A stretch of 64,000 bases of DNA. It comes from Octopus vulgaris (taxonomy: Eukaryota). The stretch spans positions 17,360,001 to 17,424,000 of the forward strand of contig OX597814.1 of assembly GCA_951406725.2 (NCBI GenBank), given 5' to 3'. The notes under the pieces are model-generated. The model did no database searches. It had not been told where the DNA came from and was given only the letters and a program-made list of their open reading frames with translations. Within the stretch, counting starts at the first letter, position 1, and each line of letters starts with the position of its first letter. Shown here in pieces: positions 25,809-38,797 of this stretch. The translations under genes were made by a program, and so were the position numbers.

Positions 25809-26446
25809 TAGTCATTACAAGTAACTACTTTTTAAGGAGTTACTTTAAGGAGATGTCTGGGAATACATAATTAATGTACTCTTTCCTTTAATAAGGCGGT
25901 ATGATTCGCAAATGGCGCGTATCTGGCTCCTATATCTCGCAGGTCGAGCTTTACTGGGCTTTCATCATTGGTCCCAATCTCCATCGTCATATTGGCTGAT
26001 AGTGAACCATTTCTTGGCTGTCCTTTACTATTTGTTCTGACTGACGATGATATTCTAGTCATTGTTGCTCTGGTCGTCATCATCATGATCGTCATCATCA
26101 CCATCATTATCGTCATCATGCCGACGATGGTGATGATGATGATGATCATGATGACAATGATGTTGGTGATAATGATGATGATAAAGATGATGATAAAGAC
26201 GACGATGATGATGATGTTGAGGAGGAGGAGGATGTTGAAGATGATGATGATGATAATGCTTCTCCTGGTGGTAAAATTGTAACAATCTATTAATACGTAT
26301 CAGGACGTGTATAAGTCTTGAAAAAAATTACAAAAATCGATTCCAGGTGAGAATGCGAGCGACGGTCGGACAAGTTGTTTTGAGAAAATTTTGTTTAAAT
26401 GTTTGACAACTCAGCACCGTCCATAGGACGGGAGGGCGTTTTGCTC

Positions 26447-26489
<43 letters not shown>

Positions 26490-26492
<3 letters not shown>

Positions 26493-26662
26493 AGAATTCA
26501 GAAAAAGACGAAAGACGAAGACAGATTGTATAGACAATTAACAAATGTGTTACTATAACGCTCGGGAAGCGAAAAAGTCTTTAACGTTTCAAGCCTACGC
26601 TCTTCCATAGAATAGAAGACAGAGAAAGGCAAGGATAGAAAATGAAGAATGTGTAGTGGCTC
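26490..26662 (-). mobile_element. pLTR module family H2, decayed hammerhead at 26579-26614
   Basis: CTATGGA-A-GAGC-gtag-GCTT-GAAAC-GTT-AAAG on minus strand; 3' end at TA run. Confidence 0.65.
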
Positions 26663-26842
26663 CCAGGCTTTACCTATTACAAATCGACTTGGCCTGCCGG
26701 CCCTTAATATTTGCAACATTGGATTAACGTGAAACGAAATGTTTTGCTCAAGAACTTAACGCACAGCCGGTCTGGGAATTAAAAACCATGATCACGAAAT
26801 CGAGAGTGCAACACCCTAACCACTAAGCTACGAATCTCTCAT

Positions 26843-26932
<90 letters not shown>

Positions 26933-27646
26933 CATTATATGTATGTATGTATATATATAGGATTGCATATATACATGTGTTGGATGAAATATCATAGATA
27001 TATGTGTGCATATATATTCATTTATGCGCATATATATGTATTTATATATGTGTGTATGTGTGTGTGTATATATAAAATCATGTATATATAAAATCAAAAT
27101 TTCATATATGCATATATACGTGCATATATACATATATTACGCGTCCCATAATTTCGACGTTAATATAATGTAAAACACTGATTTAATTACGCGACATCTT
27201 GTATATTTTTATGTATATAGCCATCTATGTGTTTGAGCGTTGTACGTGGACAGCTTCATGTATGTGTATGCATATGTGTGTATGTGTATATTGTGTGTGT
27301 GTGTAGGTATTTGCCATAATTACTTGGGAATAAGAGACGTCTCCAGCTTAGAATTTTAATTGCTGTTCAGCGCATGCTACGTTTCATTATATTTCATCCG
27401 ATATTTACACGAAGTTCTGAGATAAAGGTAAGTGAGTTCAACTTATTTGTGTAATTAAATTGTAGATGTTAATTCTCTAAAGAGTCATAATCAGGGTTTA
27501 TTTGATTATTTGAATTCATACCACCGCCACCACCACCACCAACAACAACAGCAACGACAAAGACTTATACAGCAGGAAAAAAAAACAACAGCAATATATT
27601 TCAATATAAGTAGACATATACACGTGCATACTGACACACACTTACA

Positions 27647-27773
<127 letters not shown>

Positions 27774-28074
27774 CTATATAAATATATATACACACACACA
27801 CATATATGTATATATACATACAAGCATATAGCTTTGGTTTAAAATGAAAGTATCCAATCACTGCAGACTGAGACCCACACACATTCGTTAAGAATAAACT
27901 TTCTTTTTTGTTCGCAATAACTTATCCTTCTAAAGTCTGTTTCACTTATTGTATGACAGTAAAAATGTGTGGGCGTGAATTTTTCAGTACAATATTAGTA
28001 ACTGTTTCAGTGGTGCGTATGAGTAAATCCAAGCAAAAAACGCGACATATAAATAAATATATACATATATATAT

Positions 28075-28567
28075 AATAGTTATCGCCATACTAAGACTAA
28101 AGCTGTCGCTGATTAGCTCCATGAGGCCACCGCCTCAAGCTAGCTATTTGACACACAAACTGCGTCCATTATAAACCTTCGAACAGGGGAGGTCAGCCGC
28201 TTCATCCTGCCAGTCAGACAGCTGCAGACATGTTTCAGGGTATTTGCCCTTTATCAATGCAGCGTAGTCAGACCCAGCAGGTGTCGCTACTGACTGTCCC
28301 TGTTCGAAGAATCTATTTACCTAGTTTCAGTGGAATACATCCACTTGTTTTCAATAATAGAAATATAAAAATTACTAAGTTCGAAGGTTTATAATGGACG
28401 CAGTTTGTGTGTCAAATAGCTAGCTTGAGGCTGTGGCCTCATGGAGCTAATCAGCGACAGCTTTAGTCTTATATTTATAAGACTGCCATATTAGTATGGC
28501 GATAACTATTAATTTCCAGTAACGCTGCCGTAATCTCCTTTAGAGAGACTTAGTAATTTTAATATTT

Positions 28568-28570
<3 letters not shown>
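28075..28570. mobile_element. Fold-back PLE-like module with nested inverted repeats, flanked by TA runs
   Basis: Arms 28075-28184 / 28379-28510; inner CTTCGAACAGGG / CCCTGTTCGAAG pair enclosing a hammerhead. Confidence 0.7.
28221..28263 (-). ncRNA. Minimal hammerhead with U3-A8 core and GUC cleavage triplet
   Basis: GCTGCA-TTGATAA-AGGG-caaata-CCCT-GAAAC-AT-GTC-TGCAGC; 6-bp stem I, 4-bp stem II, palindrome ACATGT. Confidence 0.8.
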
Positions 28571-28630
<60 letters not shown>

Positions 28631-28631
28631 A

Positions 28632-28980
28632 GGCGCAGGAGTGGCTGTGTGGTAAGTAGCTTGCTTACCAACAACATAGTTCCAGGTTCAGTCCAACTGC
28701 GTGGCACCTTGGGCAAGTGTCTTCTACTATAGCCTCGGGCCGACCAAAGGCTTGTGAGTGGATTTGGTAGACGGAAACTGAAAGAAGCCCGTCATATATA
28801 TGTATATGTATATGCGTGTATATGTTTGTGTGTCTGTGATTGTCCCCCACCCAAACATCGCTTGACAACCGTAGGTAGAATAAGTACTAGGCTTACAAAG
28901 AATAAGTCCTGGGGTCATTTTTCTTGACTAAAGGCGGTTCTCCACCATGGATGCAGTCAAATGACTGAAACAAGTAAAAT
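28632..28980 (+). mobile_element. SINE family A
   Basis: GGCGCAGGAGTGGCTGTGTGG head through GACTGAAACAAGTAAAA tail. Confidence 0.88.
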
Positions 28981-29016
28981 AGTATATGTGTGTGTGTATG
29001 TATGAATGTATGCATG

Positions 29017-29088
<72 letters not shown>

Positions 29089-29092
<4 letters not shown>

Positions 29093-30292
29093 GTCATTTC
29101 ATAAATAATAGTTTTTTTATACTTTCATTTTTCAAAATTAAGACTAACACAGTACTTTTTTAACCAAATATACTTTCCTTCATTTTCTACAATGCGCTTC
29201 CATCTATCAGGTAGACTTCGAAGTTACTTCTTCCAAAATTTACTTGTCCGTGACGAAAAATACTCCTGCAGTACTGTTCTGGCCTCGTCTTTAGAATTCA
29301 TATTTTTACCGTCTAAATGACTTTGAAGACTGCGGGATAAATGATAATCAGATGGGCCAATGTCCGGCGAATATGGTGGGTGGGGCATCGTTTCTCATTC
29401 AAACTGCTCCAGCCTTTGGAATGTCGTCTTTGCTGTATTTAGCCGAGCATTATCCTCGAAGATGGTCGTTTTTCTTCTAGTGCTGACTTAAGCAGCTGAT
29501 GCTGCTTGCAGTAGATCTCCTTTGTTATAGTTTGTTTGAGTTTAAAAATTCAAAATGGACTAAGCCTTTCATATCCCACCAAATGTTTGTGATAGCAGTA
29601 CCTAACGTGGGTGAAAACTTTCTTTAGTCTGGGGTGCCGGTGTTTCTCTTTTCCCTACCCACTGTCTTTGACAATTGACATTTTTTATAGAGAACCTATG
29701 ACAACAAATAAGAGCACATATTCACTGTCTGCTCGCGATTAGACTCGGCAAGTATAAGGCACTCATTGACCCAATTTGCTGAATTTTCCGATGGCATGCA
29801 TGTTTCGATGAATGACTGGATGACCAAACCTATGCTTCTCTTCTAGTTTCTCAACTGATACGGCGGTATTTTGTTACACCAGCGTTTGCAGGACGTCCTC
29901 GTTGAGCTCTACAGATCTCCCAGGACGAGGCTCGTCGTCTCGGCTGTAATTTCCGGCTCGGAATTTCTGGAACCACCGTTGACACTAGCTTACACATATT
30001 ATCCGATCCCCATATACTGCATTAATATTTCTGGCACGTTCCATTGCGTTGTTGCCTTATTGAATTCATAAAGCTAAATATGCCAAATATTTCCATTCGT
30101 CTCTTCCATTATAGCTTTGAAAAAATAACTGTTAAAACCGAAGTGCACTCTTCAAAACTTGCACTAAGAATAAGTAAAAGGTAAAATTATTACTTCGTTT
30201 TATAGCAAGTTGATGTAGGTAGCTTATATCGTCCCCCTCTGATTTTTAGTTCATGCAATTGAAGAAACCACATTATTTATGGGATGACGCAT
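29089..30292 (-). mobile_element. Full-length decayed mariner element (about 1.2 kb)
   Basis: Imperfect TIRs (TTGGGTCATTTCATAAATAAT / ATTATTTATGGGATGACGCAT) flanked by TA. Minus strand encodes DNAR..MPHPPYSPDIGPSDYHL..LPDRWKRIVEN (YSPDxAPSD motif). Confidence 0.88.
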
Positions 30293-30374
30293 ATATATAT
30301 GTATGTAACGTATGTATATACATAGATACACACGTACACACACACTCACACACAGAGGCATATATGTATGAATG

Positions 30375-30424
<50 letters not shown>

Positions 30425-31773
30425 GTATTTTATTATATTGTATTATATAATATTACATTCTTATGTAAGACAAATCGATAGCGAACGATTAATTAAAAAA
30501 CAAAATGTCAAATGGACTTTCACTGACAATCGTTGAAATTTCAGCAGTAGAAATATGACGTTTTGAATACAGGTCTCCATCGAAACGTCAAAGACGGTCA
30601 GGAAAAAGAAGGAAAATAAGAAGGAACAAACAATATAAACGTTGAGTCAGGAGAAAAGTACAAGCTTAGCCACATGATCCAAAGATAACCAAGCGGAAAC
30701 TGGAGAGAGAAAATGTGTAGTGTTTGAAGCCTGAAGAGTGCATAATTTGACTCTGTGTGTGTGTGTGTGTGTAAGTGTGTGCGTTTTTATGTGTGAATAG
30801 GCGTGAGTCAGTGCGTATGTGTGTGAATGCATATGTGCGCAGTATATATGTATGTGTGTTTGTGTGTTTATTATTATCAATATTTTTTCTCAGCTTGTCT
30901 ACTTCTTTTCCTTGTATACATTCGTTAGATTTTCCCAGAAGCTTAATGCTTTGGCGCTGCGAAGATGGTGTGAGCTCAATGACAAAAAGCGCGAAACCAC
31001 TAGGATGTCTCGATTATTGACTGACGAGGAAGTCTGCTGCAAATGTTTGTGTCTCTTGCTTTCGTCTAATTTTCCGTTATGTTTTCGTCTAGTTTTGCGT
31101 TTGCTATGGTTTCGTCTAACGTTACTCTTTATCATGTTCTTTCTCTTCAACTCTTGAAATATATAAGCAGATAGAGAGAGAGAGAGAGGGAGATCTTTTG
31201 TATGAATTCATGTGTACATGTGTGTATGTCTGTGTTTGTGTATTGGGGCGGGGTGCTCGTATGACAGAGTGTAAGGTGTCCGGATGTGTGCGAGTGTGTG
31301 TCAGCATGCATGTATATATATATCTACATATGAGCACGTGCAAGCCCATGTCAATGGATACATGCAGCTACATATTACGATCAGAATTGTTAGCACGCCG
31401 GGCAAAATGCTTAGCGGCATTTTGTCAGTCATTATGTTCTATTTTGAAATTCCGCCGAGGTCGACTTTGCCTTTCATTCTTCCGGCTCAATAAAATAAGT
31501 ACCATTTGAACACTGGCGTCGATGTAATCAAATTACTGCCTCCCTAGATATTGTTGGTCTTGTGCAAAACCTTGAAACGTATATCAGTACATATGTACAT
31601 ATGTATATCATTACATATGTAAGTTAATGTAATTTTATATATGTGCAAGGGTCAATAAGATAAGTACCATTTGAGGACTCGGGTCGATATCATCGGCTTA
31701 TCCCCCACCTCCAAGTTTGCTGGCCTTTTACCAAAATTTGAAACCAACATATTAAATTGAAATGTACAAGAAA

Positions 31774-32160
31774 GGCGCAGGAGTGGCTGTGTGGTAAGTA
31801 GCTTGCTAACCAACCACATGTTTCCGGGTTCAGTCCCACATCTTGGGCAAGTGTCTTCTGCTATAGCCCCGAGCCGACCAAAGCCTTGTGAGTGGATTTG
31901 GTAGACGGAAACTGAAAGAAGCCTGTCGTATATATGTATATATATATATCACCATGTGCTTCTGCTAACACCAGCCGTTTTTTTCTCTATCTCCGTTGCC
32001 CGCTCCGGGATCTTTCTTTCCTCTCTCTTCCTTCTTTATGTTTCCGACGAAGAGCTCCGCTCGAAACGTCATACCTTCCTGCTTCCATTTCCTGAGCGCC
32101 TATTAATAATAATACTGTAATTGTTCCCTTGTTGTTGTTTTTTTGTTTCCCGTTTGGATT

Positions 32161-32207
<47 letters not shown>

Positions 32208-32422
32208 AGTGTGTGTGTATATGTTTGTGTGTCTGTGTTTGTCCCCCTAGCATTGCTTGACAACCGATGCTGGTGTGTTTACGTCCCCGTCACTTAGCGG
32301 TTCGGCAAAAGAGATCGATAGGATAAGTACTGGGCTTACAAAGAATAAGTCCCGGGGTCGATTTGCTCGACTAAAGGCGGTGCTCCAGCATGGCCGCAGT
32401 CAAATGACTGAAACAAGTAAAG
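31774..32422 (+). mobile_element. SINE family A interrupted in its internal (TA)n by a hammerhead-bearing module
   Basis: Head 31774-31930, insert about 31950-32165, tail 32215-32422. Confidence 0.82.
32040..32074 (+). ncRNA. Minimal hammerhead motif, family H3 (core CCGACGA, GUC triplet)
   Basis: GTTT-CCGACGA-A-GAGC-tcc-GCTC-GAAAC-GTC-ATAC; homologue at 41525-41559(-). Confidence 0.6.
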
Positions 32423-32621
32423 AGAAATGTACACGATGGGATAGAAAAAGGAAGAAAAAGAAGAGAAAAGAGAGTGAGGAGGAAAGTATAGCAACTGGAT
32501 CGATATTTTTCGGGCAGAAGAAATATAAAGTAGGAAGAAAAATAATGAATCCTATTTTGATGAGGTTAAATGAGTTTGCATTTTAGGTACTTGAGAAATT
32601 ATGGATTTGTTTTATTTATCA

Positions 32622-32988
32622 TGAGTGGCTGTGTGGTAAGAAGCTTGCTTACCAACCACATGGTTTCGGGTTCAGTCCCACTGCGTGGAACCTTCGGCAA
32701 GTGTCTTCTACTATAGTTGATTTGGTAGAGGGAAACTGAAAGAAGCCCGTCGTAAATATGTATATGTATATATATATGTGTGTGTTTGTGTGTCTGTGTT
32801 TGTCCCCCAAAAATCGCTTGACAACCGATGCTGGTGTGTTTACGTCCCTGTAACTTAGCGGTTCGGGAAAAGAAACCGATAAAATAAGTACTAGGCTTAC
32901 AAAGAATAAGTCCTAGGGTCGATTTTCTCGACTAAAGGTGGTGCTCCAGCATGGCCGCAGTCAAATAACTGAAACAAGTAATAGAGAG
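32622..32988 (+). mobile_element. SINE family A
   Basis: Head, centre and tail match. Confidence 0.85.
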
Positions 32989-33194
32989 TAATCATTGTTG
33001 CATGCGTATATATGATTATATTTATATACAAGAATATTTCAAAGATTGGTCACATTTTGCGGTTTATGTTGAAAGGCCTCTTCCAGGTATATCTTAGACA
33101 ATTCTTTCAAATGGAAATTGTTGACGGAAGAGATATAACGTATCGCAATCATTTTAACTTTGTCATACTTAGACAATTTTTTATAAATGAAATA

Positions 33195-33986
33195 TATTGT
33201 GTTGAGTCAAAAGTTTGGCAAAATCTTGGTTACTTATTCATTTTATTTAAGTTACAGCAAAAGCAGTCTCGCATTCAAAGTAGTTACACTGTCTGAAGCC
33301 ACCTGTCCGCTAGTTCTTTGATCCTACGCTGATAACAATTCTTGACCTTCGAAGCAAAACTCCACGGAAGCTTCCATATTGGAACATGTAATAATGCGAG
33401 ACAGTCAGGTCTAGACTAAATGCCGGGTTAGCATCAGTTCCTTACCCTCAAGTTCCTGGAGTTTATTCCTTGTCGTTCAAGTGATATGAGTTGTCTTACT
33501 GCAGAAGAACTCGCAATTTGTTAACTAATACCGGGTATTTTTGCTTCACAATGGCATATATTCGCTCAGCATCGATGGTTCGACCGTCCTGGACGAACTA
33601 TAATTCCACCAGATGCAGGACATCACCTTGGGTTCGAAACGCCCATGTTTGACAACAGGTTTCGGAAGCTGGGCCTTGTTTAACCACCGCTTAGGATTTC
33701 TGAAATATGGCTCCCTTGGATTATTGTTTGTTCCAGTATATGAATCACTTCTTGCGTTCGTGACGCCTTATCAACTAAGAGATGTTGGAATCTTCAGTGA
33801 CGGAGTCCTTTGCCTCGAAGTGCAAGAACTGGTATCAGCGTAGGATCAAAGAACTGGCAGAAAGATGGCTTCGAACGGTGCAACACAATGGCCTCTGCTT
33901 TGAATTCTAGACTGCTTTTGTTGTAAAGTGATGAATAAAGCAAATAAGCTACCAAAACATTGCAAAACTTTTGACTCAGTACAATA
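33195..33986. mobile_element. Mariner derivative with two 3' ends in inverted orientation
   Basis: 33195-33370 is the reverse complement of about 33800-33986; both carry the TIR (TATTGT..TGAGTCAAAAGTTT.GCAA) and the ..WYQRRIKELAERW C-terminus. Interior encodes FEPKVMSCIWWNY on the minus strand. Confidence 0.78.
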
Positions 33987-34475
33987 ATTGCAAATGAAAG
34001 TTTTCATTATATATTTTTTCATCATCTTTAGTTAATCTGTTCATTTGTTTGTTTGGTTATTTTTTTATATTTTTACTTCACTTTCCTATATCTGCCGAAA
34101 ACTGTCTTTGATGCTGTCTTCCTCTCCCATTTCTTGAAGTTGGCAGCTAGGCTCTCGCCCGTTTCTCAAACCAAAACTCATGACATATGCATTGCATCAT
34201 ATATGATGGATGTATTATAGCTTACTCGCGAATTCCTGCTGTCAGGCAATATTTTTTCTTTCAAATCGCTTGTCAGGATTCACAATTTACTATATTTGTT
34301 CCTTGTACTCTCTTATGTTTTTTTTAACAATACAACATTAAAAACTTGTTAATTTACCATCCCTTTACACGTCCTACCGTGCTTTTATATAAATATGTAC
34401 GTGTGTGTGAGTGTGTGTGCGTGCGTCTACGCGAGGGTATACATACATACATACATACATACATACATACATACA

Positions 34476-34511
<36 letters not shown>

Positions 34512-34519
34512 TATATTTA

Positions 34520-34905
34520 CTTTTTACTTGTTTCAGTCATTTGAGTGTCACCATGCTGGACCACCGCCTTTAGTCGAACAAATCGACCCAAGGGCTTATT
34601 CTTTGTAAGCCTAGTACTTATTCTATCGGTCTCTTTTTCCCGAACCGCTAAGTTACGGGGAAGTAAACACACCAGCATCGGTTGTCAAGCGATGTTGGGG
34701 AAACAAACACAGACACAAACATATACATACACATACATATATACGATGGACCTCTTTCAGTTTCCGTCAACCAAATCCACTCACAAGGCTTTGGTCGACC
34801 CGAGGCTATAGTAGAAGACACTTGCCCAAAGTTCCACGCAGTGGGACTGAACCCGGAACCATGTGGTTGGAAAGCAAGCTACTTACCACACAGCCATTCT
34901 TGCGC
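34520..34905 (-). mobile_element. SINE family A
   Basis: Full reverse copy. Confidence 0.88.
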
Positions 34906-35123
34906 ATATATATATATATATATATATATAATATGGAAAAAAAGTCAAGATACAAAAATAAATAATTTTATAAAGTAATTTTATAAAAAACATTTCAGTA
35001 CCGGTTTCAGTCTTGAGAGAGACAGAGACGGGCAGAAACAAGGAAAATGTCACTTGTATGTGAACACTATACAAAAATTCTTTTAAAAAAACTTTTGTTT
35101 TAATTTTTCTAATTTAATTGTTA

Positions 35124-35159
35124 CAGTTGAAAAAGTCTCAATGACTGAAACCGGCACTG
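35124..35159 (+). ncRNA. Minimal hammerhead motif with U3-A8 core inside a fold-back module (34932-35214)
   Basis: CAG-TTGAAAA-AGTC-tcaat-GACT-GAAAC-CG-GCA-CTG. The inverted partial copy at 34996-35016 keeps GAAAC-CG-GTA-CTG. Confidence 0.62.
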
Positions 35160-35285
35160 AAATGTTTTTTATAAAAGTATTTTAGCATTTTCTATCGTGA
35201 CTTTTTTCCATATATATCAACTCGTGTGTTCCTTTTCATCCTTCTAAACACATATATATATATACATATATACAGAGAGAGAGAC

Positions 35286-35352
<67 letters not shown>

Positions 35353-35644
35353 CAAAATATACTCTAATTGCCTGTTACTATAAAAAAATTGATAGCGTCG
35401 CAAATGAAAAAAGGAAAACAGTGAAATAAACCCCTTCCCGGCATGAAAGCTTAATGAACGTAGCTCACCTGACACCCTATGTTTGCTCTATAAACTTTTT
35501 CATATTATCAATAAATGTTATAAACAAATTCTATAATCGATGCAAAGGTACATTTTATTACGGTGAGAAATATGTATAAATTTTGTATTTCATGTACTTT
35601 ATATACTGATCTGTCTAATTTCTTTACCCCTACATTTGCTTCTG

Positions 35645-35935
35645 TGGAGGCACATGGCCTAGCGGTTAGAGCAGCGGATTCGCGGTGAGGGATCGTGGGT
35701 TCGAATCTCAAACCGGGCGACGTATGTGTTTATGAGCGAAACACCTAAGCTCCACGCTACTCCGGCAAGAAGGTAATGGTGAACTTCTGCTGACTCTTTC
35801 GCCACAACTTTCTCTCACTCTTTCCTCCTGCATCTTGCAGCTTACCTGCGACGGACAGGTGGGGAACCGATACTCCAAGAAAACCAGGAAACCGGCCCTT
35901 CTGGGCCAGGCATGGCTCGAGAAGGAACAAACAAA
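35645..35935 (+). mobile_element. tRNA-derived SINE family C (V-domain-like 3' part)
   Basis: TGGCCTAGCGG A box, GGTTCGAATC B box, CCTGCGACGGAC..GGAAACCGGCCC; second copy at 53432-53620. Confidence 0.75.
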
Positions 35936-38109
35936 AAAAACATTTGCTTCTATTCCCGTTCAAGTTTGAATATTTTGAGCACTACCGCGTGTATTCTATA
36001 TCGAAAACATCTGGATCTCATGGTTATGCACAATGTATTTTTGTACCTATTCTTTTAGTTAAAGAACAACAAACGTGAATATGTGTAATATTTTGACTTT
36101 CCTTGTTTGATATATTTGAATATAATGAGTCTACAATGAAATTAATTTTGCAGCTTCTTTGAATACTGAAGAAAGTGCAATAGAACACCAGCAATTAAAA
36201 ACAATCGGATCGCGTTATATTCATTTCAAAAGAAGGTAGCAGCCCACAACAATTACTTTTTGAAACATTCCTTTCGTGAGTGAATATATCCTTGAAGCCC
36301 ATTGAAAAATCTGTGGTCTTAAACGACTTTTTCTAGTTTCTACACTAATAAAGAGAAAAAAAATGGAACATTAAAAAAAATGATGCTGTTTGTGCCTGTT
36401 CCAGGGTGTAGTCGCGTAGTGAAAGATGGCGCTGCGTAGTGGATGATGGCGGTTGCGCGATGAAAGATGTTTAGTGAAGAGTACAAGATTCTTAGCCACA
36501 TACGTAATCCACATGTGTGTGCCAGTTTTGGCTGTTGTCAGCTAGTTAGTCATGTCGGTGAGTAGAAACCTCAGCAATGCTTTGCTTGACTTCATTTTTT
36601 TGTCTGAGTTTTTTTTTTTTATTGCTTATGGCATTGTATTTTGTTGATTTTATTTTGATTTTATATTTGACTTCTTTTGCTCTTAACTATTGTTTCCTTA
36701 TTATTTGTCGATAGATTGCACTTTAGTTCAAGATAGACGAAACAGAAAGATAAGAAAACGAATAGATGAAGTACAAAAGGAAAAAGAAAAAAAAAAGAAT
36801 GGGAATCAAAGATGGAAGAAGACTAGTGGGAAAGGAGAAGAAACAAAGAAAAGAAAAAAAATGATATTAAAACTGGTACATAGAATAAAAAATCCAAAGA
36901 AAAGCAAATAAAATCAGAAGGAAAATGTAAAATCGAAGAAAAAAAATAAAACTGAAAATAAAAAGAGTTTAATGAAGAGGAGAAGAATGGTGTGGAGTGG
37001 AATGGATACAGAAAATGAATAATAAAGCAGGAAGAAAAATGGGTTTGGAATAGGAATGTAAACAGTTTTCCGAACGAAAAATGGAATTTTGGAAAATAGT
37101 GCGATTTGGATTTAGCTAAATTCGACAATTGGAGCACTGGGTCTTGCTTGGCTCCTTTAAAACAGGACTATGTTGGAAATAATGTACCTTGCAAAACATG
37201 GCAAGAATGAGTTTAAGGCACACATGGGATGAGAGAAAGGCTTCCTAAGTTAAGTTTTTGCTTTGAAAACAAAATACGCATGTACAAATATATGTTAATA
37301 TGTGTGCGTGTGCGTGTGTGTCTGTGTGTGTGTGTGCGTGCGTCTGTATTCGTGTGTGTGTGTGTGTGTGTGTGTTTTTGCTATTTAACATTCAAATCAT
37401 TTCAAATATGGAGCATCATTCATCACAGTTTCTTTGTTTCCTTTTCTTTCTCCCGCTGGCTTTCATTTCTCTGAAGGAAGATCTACAGGGTAGATGATAC
37501 ATTGTAGAAGAAAAGTTCGACATAACATCATCAATTATCTAGTTGAAGAAATGCGCTAGAAGATGTTTTGTCTCTTCCTCACTTCACTCAAGCATTCCAC
37601 GTTTCAACAATGCACTTTATTCCACATCTTTCAACCATTTATTCCCTTTACTATTGCTCGATTCTCTTCTGTTATTCTGTCTTCTCATCACCAATTTTCA
37701 TTCTTGCAATTATTTATTTTGAACCACCCAGGTCGTAATCAGTTAGCAGTTCCAACCAAATTTCTGCCAAAACTTACATCCATTCTCTTCTTTTAACTCA
37801 CTCTGATTCCCTCTTTGATTCTCTCTCCTGTCCCTCTCTCCTATCCCTTTCTCTTTCTCCCTCTCTTTCAATTCTCTATCCGTCTGCCGATCTCCCTTCC
37901 CATCTCTCTTTCTTTCTTTGCCTTTCAGATATAAAGCTAATTCTTGTTTGCGTTCTGTTCTAAGATACTTTTTTCTATAAAAGAAAAGAATACGAAGAAT
38001 ATTGTAACTTTTCGCTTTTTCAAGCTGAAGCTTCATATTCTCCTTAGAACTACGCTAGTAGTTTGATTTGTGGGTTTCTTTTTGCTTCTAACATTTTTAT
38101 TGCATTTTT

Positions 38110-38676
38110 TTCTACTCTAGACACAAGGCCCGAAATTTTTGGAGAGGGAGCCAGTCGATTAGATCGACCTCAGTACGCAACTGGTATATAATTTATCGAC
38201 TCCGAAAGGATTAAAGGCAAAGTCGACCTCGGCGGAATTTGAACTCAGAACGTAGCGGCAGACGATATACCTATTTCTTTACTGCTCACAAGGGGCTAAA
38301 CGCAGAGGGGACAAACAAGGACAGACACACGGATTAAGTCGATTATATCGACCCCAGTGCGTAATTGGTACTTAATTTATCGACTCCGAAAGGATTAAAG
38401 ACAAAGTCGACCTCGGCGGAATTTGAACTCAGAACGTAGCGGCAGACGATATACCTATTTCTTTACTGCTCACAAGGGGCTAAACGCAGAGGGGACAAAC
38501 AAGGACAGACACACGGATTAAGTCGATTATATCGACCCCAGTGCGTAATTAGTACTTAATTTATCGACCCCGAAAGGATGAAAGGCAAAGTCGACCCCGG
38601 CGGAATTTGAACTCAGAACGTAACGGCAAGCGTAACACGGCTACGCATTTTGCCCGGCGTGCTAACGTTTCTGCCA
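38110..38676 (-). mobile_element. SINE family B trimer
   Basis: Two near-identical 180-bp units plus a third; junction GCAGACGATATACCTATTTC repeated. Confidence 0.88.
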
Positions 38677-38742
38677 AAACGCCGTCTGTTTTTATTGCAT
38701 ATTTTTGTACACTCGCTTACAAACATACACCTCAACCACACA

Positions 38743-38797
<55 letters not shown>

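Noticed and set aside
25871-26056. Unique-looking reading frame (..SPVKLDLRDIGARYAPFANH..) as a host exon
   Set aside because: No recognisable domain, no polypyrimidine acceptor on the minus strand, and it runs out of a triplet repeat.
35645-35720. tRNA-like cloverleaf (also 53432-53510, 9205-9275)
   Set aside because: Acceptor stem does not close and the sequence continues into a repeat body; SINE or pLTR head, not a tRNA gene.
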